Of a stretch of DNA of 32,847 nucleotides, positions 18,572 through 24,987 are shown one piece after another. The stretch comes from an uncultured Christensenellaceae bacterium (lineage in GTDB: Bacteria; Bacillota; Clostridia; Christensenellales; UMGS416): assembly GCA_964509795.1 (NCBI GenBank), contig CAZDZB010000003.1, positions 1 through 32,847 of the forward strand, written 5' to 3'. The translations under genes were made by a program, and so were the position numbers. Every line of letters starts with the position of its first letter. Positions within the stretch are counted from its first letter, which is position 1. Below the pieces are notes generated by a model, which saw nothing but the letters and a program-made list of their open reading frames with translations, had not been told where the DNA came from and made no database searches.

Positions 18572-19444
18572 GTGACAAAAGGTAATATGAATAATTTTTT
18601 TAACAGGTTAATTTACGGAAAATCTAACAAAGCCGATTACACAAAAGAGGCGCTGGAAAACGAGAGTAAAACAAAATTGTTTTTTGATATTTTAGGCGTA
18701 AAATATTCTCAGCTTATTACGCTTAATCTTCTTATCGTTGTGTTTATGATTCCGGCATTTGTTTGGACATGGCTGACTTTTTCAGTTATAGCAACGGAAA
18801 GCACTTCCCAAATTCAATTGTCTCAGTATATGATTTTTTACACTCTCGGATTAATTCCATGTCTTTTGATACTGGCGGTACCTCTTGCTGGGATTACATA
18901 TATTATTAAGAATTTTACTCAGGATAAACATGTTTGGCTTTGGAAAGATTTCGTTTCCCATGCTAAATCTAACGCAAAGCAAGCCCTTTTATATATGCTC
19001 ACATATGGAGTAATGCTTTTAGTAGGCCAAACTATTCTTTTCTTTTACAATTCAATATTAAGTGCAGGAAATTTTATATTAGTTTTAAGAAGTATATTCT
19101 TTGTGTTTTTTGTGCTTCTCTCGTTGTCTGTAATGTACGCTTTTCCCTTGATTGTGACTTACAAACTCAAACTAAATCATATAATTAAAAATTCTCTGCT
19201 TCTAACCGTCGGCTCGCTGCATACAACTTTTTTGGCACCGATTTGCGCACTGCTGCCGTTTGCCCTTCTAATATTGCTGTCTTTCATTTGGAACTACGGA
19301 TTAATTTTTTTGATTGCGTACGCCCTGCTTTTTGGTTTTGCTTTTGCGATGTACGTTACGATTAGCTTTACAACTTCGGTCTTTGCCAAGCATTTAAATC
19401 CGGATGCTGATAAAGCGGCCGATCAAAACTCTGACAAAATTTAA
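18572..19444 (+). CDS. DUF624 (YesL-like) membrane protein
   Basis: The 290-aa product has about 6 TM segments and a central W..F....K.N.KQAL block characteristic of YesL-family proteins. The start is either the GTG at 18572 or the ATG at 18587. Confidence 0.55.
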   Translation: MTKGNMNNFFNRLIYGKSNKADYTKEALENESKTKLFFDILGVKYSQLITLNLLIVVFMIPAFVWTWLTFSVIATESTSQIQLSQYMIFYTLGLIPCLLILAVPLAGITYIIKNFTQDKHVWLWKDFVSHAKSNAKQALLYMLTYGVMLLVGQTILFFYNSILSAGNFILVLRSIFFVFFVLLSLSVMYAFPLIVTYKLKLNHIIKNSLLLTVGSLHTTFLAPICALLPFALLILLSFIWNYGLIFLIAYALLFGFAFAMYVTISFTTSVFAKHLNPDADKAADQNSDKI

Positions 19445-19466
19445 TAAGTAAACCGGAGGGATTGTT

Positions 19467-20213
19467 ATTAACCCTTATTCTACATTACATAAATTCTATG
19501 ATATTTCAAGAGAAAATGAAGATTTAAAAGCTTGGACTAATTTTCTTAAAAATATACTAACCTCCTGCAAAACAACACCCGGAAGCGATGTTTTGGATTG
19601 TGCCTGCGGCACAGGAGATATGTCAATATTTCTGCAAAAAAAGGGATTTAATGTTGATGCCTTTGACATTTCCGAAGAAATGCTCATGATAGCAAAGGAA
19701 AAAACCCACAACCTGGGACTCCATGTCAATTACACTGTTCAGGATATGACACACTTCCTTTTTCATAAAACTTTCTCCTTCATTACCTGTATAAACGATG
19801 GCCTTAATTATCTGACCCAACTAATTGATGTGGAAAAGTTTTTTAATAATTGCCGGATGTATTTGCAGGATAAAGGATTTCTACTCTTTGATATAAGTAC
19901 ATCATATAAACTTGAAAAAATGGACGGCCAGCTTTTTGCCGAAGAAGATGATGACTTTGCCTACATTTGGTTTAATGAATATGATAAAACGGAAAAACTT
20001 CTTAATATGGATTTATCTTTTTACACAAAGGTTAAAGACGGCCTTTTTGCCCGCACATCAGAAACTCATGTGCAAAGAGGGCATAGCATTGAAGAAATAA
20101 AATCGTTGCTTGAAAAATGCGGTTTTAACCTCACTGCCCTATACGCTGATATATCACCGAAAAAACCAGCCAGCACATCAGAGCGCATTCACTTTTTAGC
20201 ACAAAAAAATTAA
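19467..20213 (+). CDS. class I SAM-dependent methyltransferase (YqeM-like); probable non-canonical ATT start
   Basis: - Motif I is VLDCACGTGDMSIFL.
- The frame is open from 19452 and encodes the family-typical N-terminus (..FYDISRENEDLKAWTNFL..).
- There is no in-frame ATG, GTG or TTG before 19593.
- ATT at 19467 lies 6 nt after GGAGGG (19455-19460).

Product confidence is high; start confidence is about 0.4. Confidence 0.75.
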   Translation: MNPYSTLHKFYDISRENEDLKAWTNFLKNILTSCKTTPGSDVLDCACGTGDMSIFLQKKGFNVDAFDISEEMLMIAKEKTHNLGLHVNYTVQDMTHFLFHKTFSFITCINDGLNYLTQLIDVEKFFNNCRMYLQDKGFLLFDISTSYKLEKMDGQLFAEEDDDFAYIWFNEYDKTEKLLNMDLSFYTKVKDGLFARTSETHVQRGHSIEEIKSLLEKCGFNLTALYADISPKKPASTSERIHFLAQKN

Positions 20214-20214
20214 T

Positions 20215-21021
20215 TTACTGGTTATTGTCTTCTATGTTTGCCTGCCGCTCCAGCAAGCTGAGCATTACCCTATCTGCAATAAGGGCGATAAATTCCCTGT
20301 TTGAAGGCTTGTCTTTGTTTCTGTCTATATTATTCCCAAACAAATCCTCCATAACGGGCACCCTGCATCGGTCACAGGCCACCTCTATGGCGTGCCTCAT
20401 TGACCTTTCAACCCTGGCTATAGTGCTTTCATTTTTGTAGGCAATGGGCCTGTATATGCTGTTCATCATGGTGTTTATCCTGTTAAAATCTTCAACAGCA
20501 AGAATTATGGCCTCTCTGAGGTAATGATACCCTGATATATGCGGAGGTATTCCCATTTTTCTTAAAAGCTTTGTAGTTTCGGCAATGTACATCCCATTAG
20601 ATGTGCCTTTTGAAATATCAAATGAAAAGCTGTTGTCAGTGGATATATTCAAAAGAGAGTTAAGCCTGCAGACAAAAATGTCAATATCAAAAGGCTGAAC
20701 AAAATAATGAGAAACTCCTCCCTTAACGACGTTTTTTACTACATCATCTTCGTGAATGGAGGAGTATATTATATACACCGGTTTATAATCCGGCACATGC
20801 TCAATCATATTGCTGATTTCTTTTCCGTTCAAATTCGGTATTAATAAATCGGCGATTATTACTCTGGGCCTTCTCTCAAAGGCAATTTTCAGCGCAGCAA
20901 CTCCCTCTACCACCATATCTATAACTTCATAAAGGCCGGTTGCTTCCAGGTTTTCCTTAAGCATTCCGGCAAAAGACATATTATCATCTATTATTAATAC
21001 AGAAATCCTGCTGCCGCTCAT
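20215..21021 (-). CDS. spo0A: Spo0A-family response regulator (divergent; receiver Lys replaced by Gln)
   Basis: The N-terminal receiver has DD and the ADLLIP aspartate. The C-terminal Spo0A_C domain is clear (IPPHISGYHYLREAI, ARVERSMRHAIEVA, KPSNREFIALIADR). An AAGGAA SD is present. Confidence 0.8.
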   Translation of the reverse strand: MSGSRISVLIIDDNMSFAGMLKENLEATGLYEVIDMVVEGVAALKIAFERRPRVIIADLLIPNLNGKEISNMIEHVPDYKPVYIIYSSIHEDDVVKNVVKGGVSHYFVQPFDIDIFVCRLNSLLNISTDNSFSFDISKGTSNGMYIAETTKLLRKMGIPPHISGYHYLREAIILAVEDFNRINTMMNSIYRPIAYKNESTIARVERSMRHAIEVACDRCRVPVMEDLFGNNIDRNKDKPSNREFIALIADRVMLSLLERQANIEDNNQ

Positions 21022-21037
21022 AACATTTCCTTATGTT

Positions 21038-21286
21038 CTATTCTTCCTCTTGAGTTTCCCAAAGTGACAAAAACTTTACAAACAGCTGTTTTGCCTTTAG
21101 TTCACTTTCTATTGTCTCAAAAACATATTCCCCGTCAATCTCTATCATCTTCATTATGACGACGCTTTCATCATCATCTATGTCTGCAAAGGCCGCATAC
21201 TGGGAATTATTATCATCAAACATCATAAGCAGCTCAAATGCTTTTTTCAAGCCTTCGCTTTCCAGTTGTATTATTTGCCCTTCCAT
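21038..21286 (-). CDS. DUF1292 (YrzB-like) protein
   Basis: The 82-aa acidic protein contains ...YAAFADIDDDESVVIMKMIEIDGEYVFETIE.... It occupies the conserved position downstream of ruvX and overlaps the ruvX 3' end by 16 nt. Confidence 0.7.
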   Translation of the reverse strand: MEGQIIQLESEGLKKAFELLMMFDDNNSQYAAFADIDDDESVVIMKMIEIDGEYVFETIESELKAKQLFVKFLSLWETQEEE

Positions 21287-21705
21287 AATTCACCTTTCAT
21301 ATAGTCGCCTAAAATAATTGCGGCTGCCATCATATCAATTGAATTTTTTCTTTTTTTATGCCTTATGCTGCCTTCGTCAAACACCCTGTGTGCATGAGCA
21401 GAAGACATTCTTTCGTCATACATAACTATTTCTATTGACAGCCTTTCTCCGATTGCACTGCAGTATTTAATGATATCCTCCGCCGCAATTCCTATTTCAC
21501 CTGACAGTGTTTTGGGCAGTCCAGCAATTATTTTTTCGACATTATAATCCTTTATTATTTTTTTATAATGTTCAGCATCCTTTTCGACACTTTGCCGGAT
21601 ATAAGTTTCCAGCCCCTGCGCCGTCATGCCCAGCGGGTCACTCAGGGCAATCCCTATGCGCTTTTTGCCGATGTCCAGCCCCATTAAACGCTTGTAGTCC
21701 GCCAT
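21271..21705 (-). CDS. ruvX: Holliday junction resolvase-like nuclease RuvX (YqgF)
   Basis: The 144-aa product has the N-terminal motif LMGLDIGKKRIGIALSD and the motif VMYDERMSS. Confidence 0.9.
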   Translation of the reverse strand: MADYKRLMGLDIGKKRIGIALSDPLGMTAQGLETYIRQSVEKDAEHYKKIIKDYNVEKIIAGLPKTLSGEIGIAAEDIIKYCSAIGERLSIEIVMYDERMSSAHAHRVFDEGSIRHKKRKNSIDMMAAAIILGDYMKGELWKGK

Positions 21706-21709
21706 TTTC

Positions 21710-21979
21710 TTATCCTTGTTTTTCGCTTTCGATTTTGGCTATATACGTCTTGACCAGCTCTTCGAGTATTTCGTCCCGCTCAAACCGCCTGATTAGAGAC
21801 CTGGCATTATTATAGCTTGTAATATATGTAGGGTCTCCGGAAATTATATATCCTACTATCTGGTTAATTGGGTCATAACCCTTTTCCGTTAGCGAAGAAT
21901 AAACCTGCTTAAGTATGTCTTCAACAGAAGTATCTTCTTTGCTTATTTTAAATTTTATTGTATGATTTGTATCCATCAT
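21710..21979 (-). CDS. ireB: IreB family regulatory phosphoprotein (UPF0297/YrzL)
   Basis: The 89-aa product has the family signature [45 protein letters not shown]. Confidence 0.9.
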
Positions 21980-22026
21980 TTTCTCCTAATTGTATAATAT
22001 TTTTCCTATTTTTTGTATGTATTTTT

Positions 22027-23400
22027 TTATCGAATTTTGTAGATTACTGGGTTGTTCTGTTGGTTTGTGTCGGAAACCAGCAGGCACAGGTAATTTTCGC
22101 TCGTCTCTTCGAAAATTTCAAAGCTTATATTATAATTTTCTGATAAACCGCTTTGCACCGGATTAAACGCCAGTTCATCATATGGAGTTAAGTCCTCAGT
22201 TGGCTTCACCATTATATTGTGCTTAATGTCATAAAGAACAAAGTCTTTTATTTCCGCAGGAATTATTACGTTGTCTGAGATGTTGTCAAATTCCACGCTG
22301 AAGGTATACATCAGGTTATCCGGATTTACTGTTGTATGGTTTTCAAAATACTGAGCGTCATTAAGCTTTATGGTCAACATTCCGTCAAATGTGTATTCCT
22401 GGCCAATTATAAAAGCCGGTATATCTGAAATATCAGCTTCATCAATAATGTCACTGTTGTGGGCACCCGCATCAGCCGGCGGATTCTGGGGCGCAAGATC
22501 CAAGTCGTAGCTGCCGATTAATCTGCTTCCTAAACCATCCGGTATGGCAAGAACACTTGAAACAACATCATTATCCACAACAAATCTTACGTATTCCACG
22601 CAATAGCCGCCGGGAAGAATATTCACGCCTGAAGCAAATAAGCCGTCTGCCATGTCACTGTAATGCTCTGTTCCTTCCGCGTCAATAAGAGTGAAATCTT
22701 CCTGCATAATATATCCTGTTTCGCTTTGCCCGTAATTAATTACTTTCAAAAGCACGGAAACAGTTTTCTGCTGCTCATTTTTTGTCTTTTCAGACACATC
22801 CAGGCATTCAATGGATATGAATTCATCTGTCATATCAGCCGATGATATGACTTCCATTGTAAGGTATGTGTCCGGCACTTCAGTGGGCTGTGGCGTGTCG
22901 GTGGGAGCAGCAGTGTTTGTGGGGGCCGGAGTCACTTTGTCCACAGCCTGCGGAGTGGGAGTGGCCTCATATGAGGTGCTCTCTGTGACAAAGCCGTTAA
23001 TTGTAATTCTTAGGCTTACAGTGGAGTTAAAGTATTTCTTTTGTTTGGCAAGTTCTGCTTTGTTTACCTCCAGCAGATATTTATAATGATTTGTTTTACC
23101 CGACGAAATATAGCTTTCCGTGGTCATTTTATCCGCGGTAACGTCATATTTGCTGTGTTCAAATAAAAGCTCGTAATATTTGCCGACCTTCTCGTAATCG
23201 TCGGAGGTTCCGAAAGTAATGTCTATAACACCATTCTCAAATGAATATTCATATATAACGGCGTCTTTATACACCGGAAACATCTCCACGGGGTACTCCG
23301 CGCCGATATCAATGCTTTGAGTGTATCTGCCTGACTGGCATCCTGACAGCATCAAAACTACGATAAAAAAAAGAAGAAATATTTTTTTTATATAACTCAT
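22027..23400 (-). CDS. lipoprotein with Pro/Thr linker and two DUF4352-like domains
   Basis: I trimmed the start to the ATG at 23400 (MSYIKKIFLLFFIVVLMLSGC, lipobox LSGC), preceded by an AGGAGA SD. A PT-rich linker (TPTPQAVDKVTPAPTNTAAPTDTPQPTEVP) is present. The motifs DFTLIDAEGTEH and DFVLYDIKHN resemble DUF4352 repeats. Confidence 0.65.
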   Translation of the reverse strand: MSYIKKIFLLFFIVVLMLSGCQSGRYTQSIDIGAEYPVEMFPVYKDAVIYEYSFENGVIDITFGTSDDYEKVGKYYELLFEHSKYDVTADKMTTESYISSGKTNHYKYLLEVNKAELAKQKKYFNSTVSLRITINGFVTESTSYEATPTPQAVDKVTPAPTNTAAPTDTPQPTEVPDTYLTMEVISSADMTDEFISIECLDVSEKTKNEQQKTVSVLLKVINYGQSETGYIMQEDFTLIDAEGTEHYSDMADGLFASGVNILPGGYCVEYVRFVVDNDVVSSVLAIPDGLGSRLIGSYDLDLAPQNPPADAGAHNSDIIDEADISDIPAFIIGQEYTFDGMLTIKLNDAQYFENHTTVNPDNLMYTFSVEFDNISDNVIIPAEIKDFVLYDIKHNIMVKPTEDLTPYDELAFNPVQSGLSENYNISFEIFEETSENYLCLLVSDTNQQNNPVIYKIR

Positions 23401-23566
23401 GTACTCTCCTTGTATATTATTCGTATAACCATTTTTTCCGTGTTGCCTTGCGCTTGTTGCACTTCGTTTGCAGCAAGCCTCGGCCTGTTGGTTGGTTATT
23501 TGGTGCGCTGGAGATTTAATTTCATAAAATCTCCTTATCCTGTCTTGCTTATTCAAATATTATACA
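23401..23566 (-). promoter_or_regulatory. extended -10 promoter plus ~150-nt GC-rich structured leader of the DUF4352 lipoprotein gene
   Basis: - On the minus strand, TGTATAAT lies at 23559-23566.
- The leader contains an 8-bp hairpin GGAGATTT / AAATCTCC (23510-23534).
- It also contains a patch at about 23430-23512 that is clearly GC-richer than the surrounding AT-rich spacer. Confidence 0.35.
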
Positions 23567-23626
23567 ATATTTATGTTAAAACATCTATAGTTTATGCTCA
23601 TTGACACAAATAACATACATTTATGC

Positions 23627-23655
23627 TTGAACAGGCTTTTTGTTTGCTTTATAAT
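23627..23655 (+). promoter_or_regulatory. sigma-A promoter placed for a leaderless CapA-like transcript
   Basis: TTGAAC (23627-23632), a 17-nt spacer, then TATAAT (23650-23655). The ATG at 23662 follows 6 nt later, and there is no SD. Confidence 0.5.
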
Positions 23656-23661
23656 TTCAGT

Positions 23662-24942
23662 ATGTTAACAAATAAAAAAATTTACTTTAAAAAGATAGCA
23701 TCATTTTATGCAATAATAATTCTATCAGCAATATTTCTAATTGGCTGTTCACAAGGCAGACAGGCAGAGGCAACACCTTTATCCACTGAATACGTTTCGC
23801 CTACATTGTATATAACAGAGCAGCCCACGCCTTCCCCTACAGCAGAGCCTGAACCCATTGAGATAATAATCGGAGGCACCGGCGACATTATGGTTCATAA
23901 AAAGCAGCTCACCGACGCCGCCTATACCGCGAGGTATGTTGAAGGCTATGATTATTATTTTGAACATAATTTCAAATATGTAACAGAAGCCCTGCAATAC
24001 CCTGACCTGATGATTGGCAACCTTGAAACAGTATTTGCCTCTGCTGCATACGGATACTCAGGCTTTCCTGATTTCAATACCCCTGACTCTTTAGCAGCCG
24101 CTTTAAAAAACGCCGGTTTTGACGTTCTCACAAATTCAAATAACCATGCCCTTGACCAGGGTAAAGAAGGTCTCCTTAGGACCATATCCATACTCGATGA
24201 AAACGGGTTTTACCACACAGGAACCTTTGACAGCGTAGAAAGCTACAATACTCCTCTCATAATTGATGTGAACGGCGTAAAGGTGGGCATATTGTCAGGA
24301 GCATACGCTTATCAGAATCTTGGGGCTTTGACAGAGGAAGAACAAAGCTATATGATCTCAGTAAACAGCGCAGAGTACCTCCGCCAGGAAGTTCAGGATT
24401 TAAAGGACGCGGGATCACAGGTAATAGTGGCTTCCATGCACTGGGGATACGAAAACACCTATGAAATCTACGACGACCAGCAGGAACTGGCACCGATTTT
24501 GATTGAGGCCGGCGTAGACATAATATTCGGGCACCATCCCCACATACTGCAGCCCATTGAATATATGGAAGTTGCTTTAGAGGACGGCACCACAAATTCA
24601 GCCGTGGTCTGCTGGTCCCTGGGGAACTTCTTGGCCAATTCTCCTATGCGCCTGGAGCAGGAGGGCGCAATATGCTATGTTTACTTAAGCTTTGACCCCG
24701 TTACTGAAGATGTGACTATTCAAAAAACTGAAGTCTTGCCTACGTACATTTATTACAACCGCACTTATCTTTTTGATTTTCATGTGCTTTCCACCGGCGG
24801 TTTGGTTGATGATTTAAATATTGATGATTTTACAATAGAGAGCAATTTTCAATCTAAACTGGATGCTAAATTTGAAGATGTAGTGGATTCTGTAACCGAC
24901 AGTTACGTTGAATTTATTACAGGGGTACCTGACAGAAATTAA
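23662..24942 (+). CDS. CapA/PGA_cap family metallophosphatase-like lipoprotein
   Basis: The product has GGTGDIMVH, NLETV, NSNNHALDQG and GHHPHILQP. The N-terminus from the ATG at 23662 (MLTNKKIYFKKIASFYAIIILSAIFLIGC) is a proper lipoprotein signal. The track start at 23623 would add 13 residues that do not look like signal peptide. Confidence 0.8.
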   Translation: MLTNKKIYFKKIASFYAIIILSAIFLIGCSQGRQAEATPLSTEYVSPTLYITEQPTPSPTAEPEPIEIIIGGTGDIMVHKKQLTDAAYTARYVEGYDYYFEHNFKYVTEALQYPDLMIGNLETVFASAAYGYSGFPDFNTPDSLAAALKNAGFDVLTNSNNHALDQGKEGLLRTISILDENGFYHTGTFDSVESYNTPLIIDVNGVKVGILSGAYAYQNLGALTEEEQSYMISVNSAEYLRQEVQDLKDAGSQVIVASMHWGYENTYEIYDDQQELAPILIEAGVDIIFGHHPHILQPIEYMEVALEDGTTNSAVVCWSLGNFLANSPMRLEQEGAICYVYLSFDPVTEDVTIQKTEVLPTYIYYNRTYLFDFHVLSTGGLVDDLNIDDFTIESNFQSKLDAKFEDVVDSVTDSYVEFITGVPDRN

Positions 24943-24948
24943 GTTATT

Positions 24949-24978
24949 AAAAACGGCTGAATACATCAGCCGTTTTTT
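24949..24978. terminator. bidirectional intrinsic terminator (capA-like / nlpC-P60)
   Basis: The sequence is AAAA-ACGGCTGA-ataca-TCAGCCGT-TTTTT, an 8-bp GC-containing stem flanked by A and T runs between two convergent genes. Confidence 0.8.
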
Positions 24979-24987
24979 AAGTGCTAT

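Noticed and set aside
23410-23604. A 64-aa hydrophobic plus-strand ORF in the divergent spacer, a possible small membrane protein.
   Set aside because: It has a TTG start and no SD, and it overlaps the lipoprotein gene SD and start. The GC-rich patch is better explained as RNA structure on the minus strand.
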